Assembly (NCBI GenBank): GCA_035285545.1
Contig: JAYKGY010000104.1
Location: 64,001-128,000 of the forward strand
DNA from: Snowella sp.
Lineage (GTDB): Bacteria > Cyanobacteriota > Cyanobacteriia > Cyanobacteriales > Microcystaceae
DNA: 64,000 nucleotides
Reading direction: 5' to 3'
Below are positions 39,481-49,915 of this stretch, piece by piece. Under the pieces are notes generated by a model. That model was not told where the DNA came from, searched no databases, and was given only the letters and a program-made list of their open reading frames with translations. A program made the position numbers and the translations under genes. The stretch's first letter is position 1. Each line of letters opens with the position of its first letter.

Positions 39481-40787
39481 CGAAATATGTCGCGGGAAAT
39501 CCTCGTTCTTCAGGACGGGGATGCGCCTTGCGGCTTAGCTTCCACTTATGATATAACTTTATCACGAAGTCAATTAATGATAATGCTTAGAGCTACCAAG
39601 TATAGAATTTATCCGACAGCAGAGCAAGAGTTACACTTTAGGCGTAGCTTTGGGTGTTGTCGGTATGCCTATAACTATGCTCTGAATCTAGTCAGTAAGA
39701 CTTATAAAGAAACGGGAAAAGGGTTGAATCGGTTTGCTATCCAAAAAGCAATAACCGAACTCAAGAAAGAACTTGAATGGATGTCTGAGCCATATTCTCA
39801 ATGCCTACAGGTTGTGGCGTTGAATTTGTCTAAGGCATTTATAAACTTCTTTGAGCGTAGATCGGGTTATCCGTCTTTTAAGTCTAAACACGGTAGGCAA
39901 TCGATTAGTTATCCTCAGAATGTAAAGGTGTATGAGAATAGTATTAGGTTTCCAAAAATAGGAAAGGTTGATGCTGTTATTCATAGACCAGTTGAAGGGG
40001 CTGTTAAAACTGTCACTGTTTCAATGAATGCCAAGGGTCAATTTTTTGCCTCTGTCTTGGTTGATGACGGAAAAGATGTGCCTAATCAATCTGTTGACGG
40101 CAAGGCTATTGGAATTGATTTAGGTTTAACTCATTTTGCTATTACCAGTGATGGATCTAAATTTGATAACCCTAGATGGTTAAACAAGCATGAACGCAAC
40201 CTAAAACGTAAGCAAAAACGGTTATCTCGTCGTGTCAAAGGTTCTAACAATAGAAACAAAACACGAAAGCAAGTTGCTTCGGTTCACAATAAAATTTCTC
40301 GTTGTAGAGAAGATTTTCACCATAAACTATCACGCAGGGTAGTAGACGAAAACCAAGTCATTGTGGTGGAAAATCTCAATGTTAAGGGTATGATGCAAAA
40401 CCATTGTCTTGCCAAAGCAATTGCTCAGGTGGGATGGGGTCGATTTTGTACCATGCTCAAATATAAGGCAGAAGAAGAAGGAAAAGTTTATATCGAAGTT
40501 GATAGATTTTTTCCTTCCTCTAAAACCTGTAATGTATGCCTAAATCAAGTAAAAAGCCTGACCCTTGATGTTAGGTTTTGGCAATGCGACAGATGCGGCA
40601 CAAGGCATGACCGTGACGTAAATGCCGCTTGCAATATTCGAGATGAAGGACTGCGTATTTTGACCTCTGGAACGGGGGATTCCGCTTATCGTCTAACTGT
40701 AAGTCGTGGTGGTAAAGGGCGCAAGCCTTCTACTATTCCGCAGGTTATTGGGTAAGAAGCTCCGTCCTTTAGGACGGTGTAGTTCAC
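39481..40787 (+). mobile_element. IS200/IS605-family (IS1341-type, tnpB-only) insertion sequence
   Basis: Left hairpin AAAT-CCTCGTTC-TTC-AGGACGGGG and right hairpin GAAG-CTCCGTCC-TTT-AGGACGG align; right end TCAC at 40784-40787; TTAA just before 39481; no tnpA; sits between two co-oriented RND genes. Confidence 0.85.
39578..40755 (+). CDS. tnpB: RNA-guided endonuclease TnpB
   Basis: KYRIYPT.EQ...FGCCR.AYN; RuvC GIDLG, VVENL, DRDVNAA.NI; Zn ribbon CNVC/CDRC. Start at 39578 or 39584. Confidence 0.95.
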
Positions 40788-40824
40788 CAAACAGATTCGG
40801 CCATTAGTAAACAGGAGCAACCAA

Positions 40825-43800
40825 TTAGCATTTTGTCTTTTCCCGTTCCCTAGTGGTCGGGATGGCAATTTCTGGGATACGAGGATCGCGATCGCCGTGC
40901 AGAAACACATAAAAACAGGGAATTAAAAACAAGGTCAGAAACGTCCCAATCGATAGACCTGAAAAGACCACAATCCCCAAGGGCCGTAATAATTCCGCAC
41001 CTTGTCCTGTCCCGACTGCCAAGGGAAACATGCCCAAAACCGTCGTAATAGTCGTCATCAAAATCGGTCGTAACCGTTGGGGGGCTGCTTTTAAAATGGC
41101 TGCCTGCCGACTGATGGGTTCCTGTTCCCAGATCTGATTCGCTAATTCAACCATAATAATGGCGTTATTCACCACAATCCCGATTAACAACACAGAACCA
41201 ACAATCACCGTTGCCCCAATGGCCGTTTGAGTGAAATAAAGCCCCCAAATTCCCCCCGCCAGACCTAACGGTAGGGTGAACATAATCACCAAGGGATCGA
41301 TCAAGGAGTTGTATTGAACCGCCATCACGACAAACACTAAAAATGCCGCCAGTCCCCCTAAAAGAACTAACGCACCTTGCAATTGTCGATTACTCTCGGC
41401 TGCCGCACTGGGTAGAAGCGAAACCCCTTCCGGCAAGGAAATTTCCGATAAAACCTGATTCACTTGGGCTAAGGCCTCCCCTAAACGGGCCCCTTCTGCT
41501 AAAGTTCCCGCAATCAAAAAGACAGGGCGTTGATTAATACGTTGAATCTCCGCCGGCGCGATCCCTTCACGAATTTGAGCCACATCTCCTAATCGAATCG
41601 GACGACCATTAGTGATAAACAGGGGTAATTGCTCCAATTGAGTGGGATTTTGGATAACATCGGTTTCTAATTTAACGCGGACATCGACTAAACGATTATT
41701 CCGTTGGAGTTGGGTGGGAATACTTCCTTCTAAGGCCGTATTGACCGTTGCCCCCACATCCTGAGCCGTTAAGCCCACTTCGGTGAGTCGTTGCCAATCG
41801 GGCCGAATTTGGATTTCCGGTTGACGAGTATCCGCATCAGGACGAAAACGGGCGAGATTTACCTGGTCACTGAGGGTTCCTAAAACGGTTTTTCCGGCTT
41901 TGGCTAAAACAACCGGATCATTCCCTTCCAAAATCACATCCACATCCGCATTGCGTAAGGGGGAATTATTGAGGATTAACCCCCGTAGTTGCCCTGGGGC
42001 TAGGCGTAAACGGATATCGACTAAGTTAAGTTTGGCAAATTGTTGGCTGACCCGTTCAACAAAGGCTTCTATATCCGTATTAGGCTTGAGGGTAATGGTG
42101 CTGGAACTGCGGAGGGCGTTAGGGGTCGTGTTACTGCCAAAGAGGATGCCGCCGACGGTGGTAAAGGCATATTCGGTTTCCGGTTGCTGAAGAATAATTT
42201 CATCTACGATTTTCATTAATCGTCGATTAGTTTCTAAGGGGGTGCCTGAGGGAAACTGGGCAAAAAGAACCGCTTGGCCGGTGTTGATACGGGGCAGGAT
42301 TTCCTGGGGGATTTGGCCTAACATCCAGTAGCTACTGCCACCGAGGGATAACACGATTAAGGCGATCGCGAGAATTTTATGACGGAGCACCCAAACCAAT
42401 AGGGCAGCATAGCCCAGGGTTGCCCTAGCAAAACTATTATTAAACGCTTTTAAAGGGGGAAATTGATTGAGGTGACTACTTTGGGGAATGGCTAACAACC
42501 GAGAGGTCAACATTGGGACTACGGTAATCGCCACTAAAATCGAGGCGGCTACCGCGAAGCTAATGGTCAAAATTAACTCATTAAAAATCAGGGAAATAAA
42601 CCCCCCAATCAGTAAAAAAGGTAAAACGGCAACTAAATTGGTACTGGTAGAGGCTAATAGGGCAGATTCAACGCTTTGACTACTCGCGATCGCGATGTTG
42701 CGTAATTTACTTGCTGTCATCGTTAGCGGTGAGGGATTACCTGGCGTGACCCCAACCCCATCGGCAATACTTTCCAGCATGACAATAGAGTTATCCACCA
42801 CAATCCCCACGCCTAAGGCCAATCCCCCTAAACTGAAGACATTCAGCGATAGCCCAAACAATTTCATCAAAATAACTGCCGCCAGAGTCGCCAAAGGAAT
42901 CGCCAACACAATAATGAAGGTTTGACGCACCGAACCGAGAAACAACAAAACCGCGATCGCCGCTAAGACTGTCCCTGATAAACCCGACGTTACCACATTG
43001 GCAATGGAATTACGGATAAACAAAGAATCATCCAAAGTCGTCGTCAGAATCGCATCGGCAGGAATAACGTTGGCCTGGCGGAGTTGCTCCAATCGTTTTT
43101 TCACCCCATCTACCACTTCCACCGTATTGGCATCGGGTTGCTTTTGCACACTTACCTTAACCGCATTCTGTCCATTGAGGGTTACAAACACGCGCTGTTC
43201 TTCTGTACCGTCAATGACCTGGGCAAAATCTCGCCAATAAATGGATTTACCCGCTCCCCCTTCCTGTCCTGGCACCGAAATCGCTAAATTTTCAATTTCG
43301 TCGGCACTTTGAAACCGTCCCATCGTTCGGGTTAGGGGTTCTCCTGGCATCCCTAAAATACGTCCGCCGGAAATATCTAAGTTGCGATCGCGCAGAGAAT
43401 TTAACGCTTCCGTTAAGCCCAGACCTAATGCTTGAAGACGCTGTAAGTCAATATTAATTCTCACCTCCTCATCGGCTGCCCCTGAAACATTCACCGCCGC
43501 AACCCCCGGCACCACCCCCAATTCCCGCGCTAATTCTTCTTCAGCAAAAATGCGTAACTGAGAACCTGCAAGTTGGGGAGAAGTCAAAGCAAATTCATAT
43601 ACCGGCAGTTGAGAGGGATCAAACTTGAAAATCCGAGGGGTTTCAATGGTATCCGGTAAGCGGTTACGCGCTCGATTAAAAATGGCAGTAGTGTCATTGA
43701 GGGCTTGGTCAATATCGCCGCCTGGCTGGAAATACAGGTCAATACTGATTTGGCCTTCCCTAGTTTGGGAATACACCTGCACAACCCCTTCCGTACCGGA

Positions 43801-44040
43801 TAAGGATTCTTCTAAGGGCTTGGTAATTTCATCAACAGCAACTTCGGGGGCAACGCCAGGGGCATTGATACGAATACCAATACGGGGATAGGTAATCGAT
43901 GGCAGTAGATCCACCTGGAGATTAAACAAGAAGAAAACCCCTAAGACCATCACGGCAATGGTTAGCATTAAGGTTGCAATGTGTCGGCGAATCGCGATCG
44001 CGCTGATACTGAAGGACGGGCTAGGCGATGAATCGGCCAT
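40825..44040 (-). CDS. RND efflux permease (AcrB/AcrD/AcrF family)
   Basis: GIVVDNSIV, GIVVNNAII, RLRPILMTT; 1071 aa. Confidence 0.95.
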   Translation of the reverse strand: MADSSPSPSFSISAIAIRRHIATLMLTIAVMVLGVFFLFNLQVDLLPSITYPRIGIRINAPGVAPEVAVDEITKPLEESLSGTEGVVQVYSQTREGQISIDLYFQPGGDIDQALNDTTAIFNRARNRLPDTIETPRIFKFDPSQLPVYEFALTSPQLAGSQLRIFAEEELARELGVVPGVAAVNVSGAADEEVRINIDLQRLQALGLGLTEALNSLRDRNLDISGGRILGMPGEPLTRTMGRFQSADEIENLAISVPGQEGGAGKSIYWRDFAQVIDGTEEQRVFVTLNGQNAVKVSVQKQPDANTVEVVDGVKKRLEQLRQANVIPADAILTTTLDDSLFIRNSIANVVTSGLSGTVLAAIAVLLFLGSVRQTFIIVLAIPLATLAAVILMKLFGLSLNVFSLGGLALGVGIVVDNSIVMLESIADGVGVTPGNPSPLTMTASKLRNIAIASSQSVESALLASTSTNLVAVLPFLLIGGFISLIFNELILTISFAVAASILVAITVVPMLTSRLLAIPQSSHLNQFPPLKAFNNSFARATLGYAALLVWVLRHKILAIALIVLSLGGSSYWMLGQIPQEILPRINTGQAVLFAQFPSGTPLETNRRLMKIVDEIILQQPETEYAFTTVGGILFGSNTTPNALRSSSTITLKPNTDIEAFVERVSQQFAKLNLVDIRLRLAPGQLRGLILNNSPLRNADVDVILEGNDPVVLAKAGKTVLGTLSDQVNLARFRPDADTRQPEIQIRPDWQRLTEVGLTAQDVGATVNTALEGSIPTQLQRNNRLVDVRVKLETDVIQNPTQLEQLPLFITNGRPIRLGDVAQIREGIAPAEIQRINQRPVFLIAGTLAEGARLGEALAQVNQVLSEISLPEGVSLLPSAAAESNRQLQGALVLLGGLAAFLVFVVMAVQYNSLIDPLVIMFTLPLGLAGGIWGLYFTQTAIGATVIVGSVLLIGIVVNNAIIMVELANQIWEQEPISRQAAILKAAPQRLRPILMTTITTVLGMFPLAVGTGQGAELLRPLGIVVFSGLSIGTFLTLFLIPCFYVFLHGDRDPRIPEIAIPTTREREKTKC

Positions 44041-44162
44041 AGAGGTAAGGGTTTAAATTTCTTAACAAGAACATTTTCCTATAGTAGCAACCCTAACGAC
44101 TGACCCTAGTTGTGTCGATGCCTCACGCCGACCCTTTCTATATTTTTAGAAACATTTTTGTC

Positions 44163-44303
44163 TCTGTCGTGTGTAATCTTAAGGCTCAGGGAATTTATCC
44201 AACAGAAGCTCGCGTTTGTAAACTAATGACAAAGCCAGGAGGGTTGAGAAATAAAAAAGTCCGTGCTGCTTTTCATAATGCACGAACTGAGATAGGTTTG
44301 TAA
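44163..44303 (+). pseudogene. C-terminal fragment of a Tn7-like TniQ/TnsD-type protein
   Basis: SVVCNLKAQGIYPTEARVCKLMTKPGGLRNKKVRAAFHNARTEIGL resembles, from memory, cyanobacterial TniQ/TnsD C-termini; abuts a Tn7-like end. Confidence 0.6.
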
Positions 44304-44335
44304 GTTGTTATAACTCTATTGACTTGCGCCAAAAA

Positions 44336-44410
44336 TTGGAACCATAAATTTGCCATCTTTTATTGGAAACATAAGCTTGCCGTTGCGGCAAAGTTATGGT
44401 TCAAGTCACA
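44336..44410. mobile_element. Tn7-like transposon end with three putative TnsB-binding repeats
   Basis: TTGGAACCATAAATTTGCC (44336-54), TTGGAAACATAAGCTTGCC (44363-81) and an inverted copy (44387-405); terminal ...GTCACA (TGT on the minus strand) 32 bp from the tRNA 3' end. Confidence 0.7.
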
Positions 44411-44442
44411 AAAAAGATTGATTGATCAAAAGGCTTAAAAGA

Positions 44443-44515
44443 TGGGCGGTGAGGGACTCGAACCCCCGACAGCCTGCTTGTAAGGCAGGAGCTCTACCAA
44501 CTGAGCTAACCGCCC
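44443..44515 (-). tRNA. tRNA-Val(TAC)
   Basis: GGGCGGTTAGCTCAGTTGGTAGAGC...CCTGC-CT-TAC-AA-GCAGG...GGTTCGAGTCC...CCGCCCA, 73 nt. Confidence 0.97.
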
Positions 44516-44583
44516 GTTTGACGCTTAACTACTATAACATAATAAAAAATCATTTAGATCACTTTTGACCAAATTTTTTTACC

Positions 44584-45159
44584 ATGCCTTCAGGTCGCAC
44601 CCATGATCGCATTACGGTTTGGAGTGTTCCGCTCATTGTGGGGTTAACCTATGGGGTGACTCGTAGCGGACAATTGACGGTCTTGGTAATGATCGCTTTT
44701 TTGTTTAGCGGGTTGATGTTTGGCCCCGATTTAGATATTTATTCGGTGCAGTACAAGCGGTGGGGATGGTTGCGTTGGATTTGGATTCCCTACCGTTCCC
44801 TGATTCGTCATCGTTCTGTTCTGTCACACGGATTTTTGATCGGGACTTTATTACGGCTGGTGTATCTAAGTCTGATTGCAGGGATAGTTTTAGGGATCTT
44901 AATCGCGATCGCGGCCCTTGCGGGTTACTTAAATATTCAACAATTAGCCAAACTTTCAGAAGCTTTAACTTTTTCCCAAAAACATTACGGACAAACTTTC
45001 TTAGCTTTGCTGATTGGTCTGGAACTAGGGGCAATGAGCCATTATCTGAGTGATTGGATTGGATCACGCTATAAACAGCTACAGAAATCCAAAACGCGAT
45101 CGCGCCCCACTCACAATGCCCGTTCCAAAAATCCCAAAAAGAAAAAATCTAAGCTTTAG
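44584..45159 (+). CDS. DUF2227 family putative metal-binding membrane protein
   Basis: MPSGRTHD, GPDLD, RWG.LRWIW.PY, HRS.LSHG, SHYLSD. Confidence 0.88.
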   Translation: MPSGRTHDRITVWSVPLIVGLTYGVTRSGQLTVLVMIAFLFSGLMFGPDLDIYSVQYKRWGWLRWIWIPYRSLIRHRSVLSHGFLIGTLLRLVYLSLIAGIVLGILIAIAALAGYLNIQQLAKLSEALTFSQKHYGQTFLALLIGLELGAMSHYLSDWIGSRYKQLQKSKTRSRPTHNARSKNPKKKKSKL

Positions 45160-45562
45160 CGAAACTCGCTTCGATAGCTTGAATTTGTTCCCGTTGAGTT
45201 TCAATTTCCAATTGTTTGCGGGTTAAGTCTAAACTTTTTGCCGCGATCTCCTGCCGCCATTGCTCAATGCGGGCTTCTTCCTGTTGAATAATTTCAGGGG
45301 TGAGTATGGGGTCACTGAGAAATTTTTGTACGATATCTAAAACCCAATCCGTTGCACTTTTGACACTCAAAATCCTTTGCTTATTATCCATCTCAACCAG
45401 CACCAACACCCCTTCATTCAAGCCCTGTAATTGTTCGGCTGATTCAATGTATAGCGTCCCCGACTCTTTTTTCCAAAGTTTTTCCGAGGTTTCATAGGCG
45501 AGTATTTGTAGATGGAATTCACTTAAAAAGGGATTGTGGGTAACTTGAGCAAGGTATAACAT
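45149..45562 (-). CDS. Conserved cyanobacterial hypothetical protein with coiled-coil C-terminus
   Basis: MLYLAQV, EGVLVLVE, IEQWRQ..L.R..LE.E. Confidence 0.75.
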   Translation of the reverse strand: MLYLAQVTHNPFLSEFHLQILAYETSEKLWKKESGTLYIESAEQLQGLNEGVLVLVEMDNKQRILSVKSATDWVLDIVQKFLSDPILTPEIIQQEEARIEQWRQEIAAKSLDLTRKQLEIETQREQIQAIEASFAKA

Positions 45563-45673
45563 AGCCAAGCAGATCAAAAAGATTATGAGTTGGGATGGAC
45601 AAAGTATTGATTGAGTTACTCAGTAACCCATATAACTTTTAAGCGACTAACTTTATCATAGTCATGAATCCCT

Positions 45674-48394
45674 TTATTGGAGACGTTTCAATCGCGATCG
45701 CAGAATTTCGGCTTGAGTTTTCGCTTCAGATAAGGCATTTCTTGCTCCTTGAATGACATCATCGGGAGCTTTATTAACAAAACTGGGTGTACTTAAGCGT
45801 TTTTCTAATGATTCCGCTTCCTTCTCCACCTTGGTTAATTTTTTCTCCAATTTGGCTTTTAAGGTTTCGATATCAATTAATCCTGATAAAGGAATTAATG
45901 CTTGAGTCGTGCCGACCACCCCTGCAATACATTGAATGCCGTCATTCTCCAGTTGTTCCGTAATCGTTAGCGTTTCAATTTTGCCCAAATCCTGTAAATA
46001 GGTAGTGCAGTTTTCTAACATTGCTCGTTCTTGAGCATTTTCATTTTGCAGAATAACGTTAGCTTTGACCCCTGGTTTAATTTCTGCTTCGGCGCGTAAA
46101 TTACGAATGGTGCGAATCGTTTCAAACAGACGACTAAAAGCCGTTTCTAAATCGGGATCAATCAGAGCCGCATTCACCACAGGATAGGGTTGTAATGCCA
46201 GAAATTTATTTTCCTGTTGGGTCAAAGTCTGCCACAATTCCTCAGTGATATGGGGCATAAAAGGATGCAGTAGCTTCAAAATATTTTCCAGAACCTGAGC
46301 CAAGGTTTGTTGGGCCACGAATCGAGAAGCATCGCCGCTATCTTTCCAAAGGCGGGTTTTAACCAGTTCAATATACCAATCGCAAAAATCACCCCAGATA
46401 AATTCGTATAAACCCTTGGCCGCTTCCCCTAATCCATAATTTTCTAAATATTCTCTGGTTTGTTTAATCACTTGATTTAACCGCGATAAAATCCAGCGAT
46501 CGCTTAATTCCAGATTTGCAAGATCAGGCGTTCCCAACTGCTCAGGGGTTTTACCCTCCAAATTCATCAACACAAAACGGGTGGCATTCCACAGCTTATT
46601 GGCAAAATTGCGGGACGCTTCGACGGATTCGGATTCATCGTTTTTACGGTTGTATTGCAAGCTGATATCTTGACCTGCCCCTGCCACTTCCCGAATGAGG
46701 GTATAACGCAGCGCATCGGTTCCATACTTGCGAATCAGGATCAGGGGATCAATGCCGTTATTGGCAGACTTCGACATCTTTTTGCCGTTTTCATCCCGAA
46801 CCAAGCCATGAATATAGACATCTTTAAAGGGCATCTGTCCTGTGAAGTGACCCGCCATCATGGTCATACGAGCGACCCAGAAAAAGATAATGTCAAATCC
46901 TGTAACGAGCGTTGTCGTGGGGTAATAGGTTTCTAAATCTTTTGTACTGTCAGGCCAACCCATTGTGGAAAACGGCCACAATCCCGACGAAAACCAGGTA
47001 TCTAAGACATCGGGGTCTTGTTCCAGTTTAATGTTATTTCCATACTGGCTCTGCGCTTTTGCTAAGGCTTCCGTTTCGCTATGGGCAACCACAAAAGGGG
47101 TCTGGTCGGTAATTTCGCCGTTGGTTTCACTGACCACATACCAAGCGGGAATCTGATGTCCCCACCACAATTGGCGAGAAATACACCAATCCTTGAGTTT
47201 CACTAACCAATCCCGATAAACCTTGGCCCACCGTTCAGGAACAAAGCGGGGAGAATTTTCCTCATCCAAGCATTTCAAGGCTTTTTGAGCGAGGGGTTCA
47301 ATTTTGACAAACCATTGCGTCGATAACAACGGCTCAACGGGGACTTTTCCGCGATCGCTGTAGGGAACGGTATGTTTATAATCTTCAACTTTAACTAAAA
47401 AGCCTGAATCCTCAAGGGTTTTAACTAAATTTTTACGGGCTTCAAACCGATCCTGTCCGACAAAGCTTCCTGCATTTTCGTTCATCGTCCCATCTTTATT
47501 CATGACGTTGATAAAGGGGAGTTGATGCCGTTTGCCCATCTCGAAGTCATTGGGATCGTGGGCGGGAGTTACCTTAACGCAACCTGTTCCAAATTCGGGA
47601 TCAACTAATTCATCCGCAAAAATGGGGATTTCACGGCCCACAATCGGTAAGGTAATGGTTTTTCCAATAAAGGCTTGATAGCGTTCATCGTTGGGATTAA
47701 CCGCAACGCCCGTATCGCCCAACATGGTTTCAGGTCGAGTTGTCGCAACGATCAATTCGCCACTGCGATCGCTTAAGGGATAACGCAAATACCAGAGATG
47801 ACCATCAACTTCTTTACTTTCTACTTCTAGATCGGAAACGGCTGATTGGGAAGCAGGACACCAATTGACTAAATAATTCCCCCGATAAATTAAGCCCTCT
47901 TCGTAGAGTTGGATAAATGCCGTTTTAACTGCCTGGGATAGCCCTTCATCCATCGTGAAGCGTTCCCGTGTCCAATCCACTGAAACCCCTAAACGGCGCA
48001 GTTGATTCACAATGGTTCCGCCTGATTCTTCTTTCCACTGCCAGGCTTTCTCTAAAAACTTTTCCCGTCCTAAGTCGTCGCGGGTCTTACCTTCTGCTTT
48101 AAGCTGTCTTTCTAAAATGGTTTGTACGGCAATACTGGCGTGATCGGTTCCTGGCAACCAGAGGGTATTGTCCCCTTTCATGCGGTGATAACGGATCAGG
48201 GTATCGATCAAGGCACTTTCAAAGGCGTGGCCCATGTGCAGGCTACCCGTTACGTTCGGTGGGGGAATAACGAGGGAATAGCGATCGCCGTCATGATCGG
48301 GATCCGCTTTAAACACCTGCTGACTTTCCCACGCTGCTTGCCATTTTGCTTCGGTTGTCGTCGGGTCGTATTGGGGAGGAAGATTGGCCGTCAT
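45674..48394 (-). CDS. valS: Valine--tRNA ligase
   Basis: [31 protein letters not shown]-terminal coiled coil. Confidence 0.98.
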   Translation of the reverse strand: MTANLPPQYDPTTTEAKWQAAWESQQVFKADPDHDGDRYSLVIPPPNVTGSLHMGHAFESALIDTLIRYHRMKGDNTLWLPGTDHASIAVQTILERQLKAEGKTRDDLGREKFLEKAWQWKEESGGTIVNQLRRLGVSVDWTRERFTMDEGLSQAVKTAFIQLYEEGLIYRGNYLVNWCPASQSAVSDLEVESKEVDGHLWYLRYPLSDRSGELIVATTRPETMLGDTGVAVNPNDERYQAFIGKTITLPIVGREIPIFADELVDPEFGTGCVKVTPAHDPNDFEMGKRHQLPFINVMNKDGTMNENAGSFVGQDRFEARKNLVKTLEDSGFLVKVEDYKHTVPYSDRGKVPVEPLLSTQWFVKIEPLAQKALKCLDEENSPRFVPERWAKVYRDWLVKLKDWCISRQLWWGHQIPAWYVVSETNGEITDQTPFVVAHSETEALAKAQSQYGNNIKLEQDPDVLDTWFSSGLWPFSTMGWPDSTKDLETYYPTTTLVTGFDIIFFWVARMTMMAGHFTGQMPFKDVYIHGLVRDENGKKMSKSANNGIDPLILIRKYGTDALRYTLIREVAGAGQDISLQYNRKNDESESVEASRNFANKLWNATRFVLMNLEGKTPEQLGTPDLANLELSDRWILSRLNQVIKQTREYLENYGLGEAAKGLYEFIWGDFCDWYIELVKTRLWKDSGDASRFVAQQTLAQVLENILKLLHPFMPHITEELWQTLTQQENKFLALQPYPVVNAALIDPDLETAFSRLFETIRTIRNLRAEAEIKPGVKANVILQNENAQERAMLENCTTYLQDLGKIETLTITEQLENDGIQCIAGVVGTTQALIPLSGLIDIETLKAKLEKKLTKVEKEAESLEKRLSTPSFVNKAPDDVIQGARNALSEAKTQAEILRSRLKRLQ

Positions 48395-48561
48395 GGGAAA
48401 GGGAATAGGGTTAATGGGTTGATTGAATACCTATCCCATTTTGCCACAGGTACGCCCGAAGGTTAAAAGACAAACCCAGTCAGAGCAATAGAATCATGGT
48501 TTTTTATTTAGGACTTGCCTACATCATTGGTAATTAATTTTGCACGGCGACTGACGGAAAC

Positions 48562-48601
48562 TTAGGACTGTTGTAATTCCGTTAATCGAGCCAAGACTTC
48601 T
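48562..48601 (-). repeat. Displaced duplicate of the peroxiredoxin gene 3' end (att-like direct repeat)
   Basis: TGTAATTCCGTTAATCGAGCCAAGACTTCT is identical at 48572-48601 and 50594-50623; both copies continue to encode QQS-stop with synonymous differences. Confidence 0.9.
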
Positions 48602-48811
48602 AAATTAAACTCATGGGATTGCAAGTTAGTGGGTAATTCTGCCGTCCTCACAAAGAAGTAAAGTATAGAATACCGACGCGATCGCGGCTTAATCGACTAA
48701 AGCGAAAATTTTAAGATAAGATAATCAGTAAAGACAACTATTGTTATTTTATAAATTAAGTTAACACATAGAATTCAAGATCTATCTCTTTTTATAGGGG
48801 TTTATTCAAAA

Positions 48812-49915
48812 ATGCTAATCAGAGATTTAACAATTCAAGGGTATCGATGTTTTGAAGATTTTTCTATGGACGGTTTAACTCGTGTTAATCTTTTAGTGGG
48901 CAATAATAATAGTGGTAAAACCAGTTTTTTAGAAGCAATTTATTTATTAGTTAATCAGCCTTCAATGGGTACAGGAATAAAAGCAATCCGAGAAATTTTT
49001 GATAATCGAAATGAATTCAGTCAAAAACTTGAAAAAATAGATAATCCGTCGCAACAAATTGTCAGTCGAGAATATTTTTTAGATCATCTTTTTTATGGAT
49101 ATGGTAATAAAAAATCTAAGAATTTTAAAATTAACTGTATCCAAGAAATTGGAATGAGCCTTATTGGAATATTGGAATTAAAGTATGAAGACTATATCGC
49201 ATTACTTTATCCTCATGATAAATCTATGTTTGAAAAAGAATTTAATGAATCTATTGCTTTTTACTCAGATGGTTCACTAAGAATTGGTTATGATCTAGAT
49301 TTAAAATCAGTCAAAGATGATATTAATGAAAAAATAGATTATTCTTCGTCAATAAATTTTTCATTTCTCCTTTCCAGCAGGCAAGTCGATTTCAATACAA
49401 TTGCCGAAATCTGGGATAAAATTAGTCTCACATCAAAAGAAGAAATTGTTATCGAGTCTCTTAAAATTATTTTGCCTAATGTAGAACGTCTTGGTTTTAG
49501 TATTAGTCCAGGAGTTAATATTATTAAACTAAAACTACAAGGTTTATCTGAACTAATTCCTTTGAGCACTATGGGAGACGGAATGAATAGAATATTAGCC
49601 CTAGTAATGGCATTAGTCAGTACCGAAAAAGGTGTTTTATTAGTTGATGAAATTGAAACAGGATTACACTATGAAGCCCAACTCGATATGTGGCGATTAG
49701 TTCTTAAAACGGCTCAAGATTTAGATGTTCAAGTCTTTGCAACTACCCATAGTTGGGATTGTATTGCTGCGTTTAAAGAAGCATTACAAGAATTAGAAGA
49801 TCAATCCGTTGCTAAATTATTTAGATTAGATAGCAAATACGGTAAACTTCGCGCTGTAGAATATGATGCTAGCGAGATCAAGACCGCAGTTGAGCAAGGA
49901 ATTGAGGTGCGTTGA
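48812..49915 (+). CDS. ABC-type (AAA_15/AAA_21-like) ATPase
   Basis: LTIQGYRCF, Walker A GNNNSGKT, signature MGDG, Walker B LLVDEIETGLH, ATTHS; AT-rich. Confidence 0.9.
   Translation: MLIRDLTIQGYRCFEDFSMDGLTRVNLLVGNNNSGKTSFLEAIYLLVNQPSMGTGIKAIREIFDNRNEFSQKLEKIDNPSQQIVSREYFLDHLFYGYGNKKSKNFKINCIQEIGMSLIGILELKYEDYIALLYPHDKSMFEKEFNESIAFYSDGSLRIGYDLDLKSVKDDINEKIDYSSSINFSFLLSSRQVDFNTIAEIWDKISLTSKEEIVIESLKIILPNVERLGFSISPGVNIIKLKLQGLSELIPLSTMGDGMNRILALVMALVSTEKGVLLVDEIETGLHYEAQLDMWRLVLKTAQDLDVQVFATTHSWDCIAAFKEALQELEDQSVAKLFRLDSKYGKLRAVEYDASEIKTAVEQGIEVR

Noticed and set aside
39487..39577. N-terminal extension of TnpB in the ORF track
   Set aside because: It runs through the left-end hairpin; TnpB-like sequence starts at M(I)MLRATKYRIYP.
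44111..44162. TGT at 44111 as the second Tn7 end
   Set aside because: No copy of the 19-bp repeat follows it, and its flank (CTAGT) does not match the other flank (AAAAA).
44336..44405. Three ~19-bp repeats as a mini CRISPR array
   Set aside because: Spacers are only 5-8 bp and one copy is inverted; this fits transposase-binding sites better. No cas genes are in the window.
44443..48394. Proximity of tRNA-Val and valS as a regulatory unit
   Set aside because: Two unrelated genes intervene and I saw no T-box-like leader; probably coincidental.
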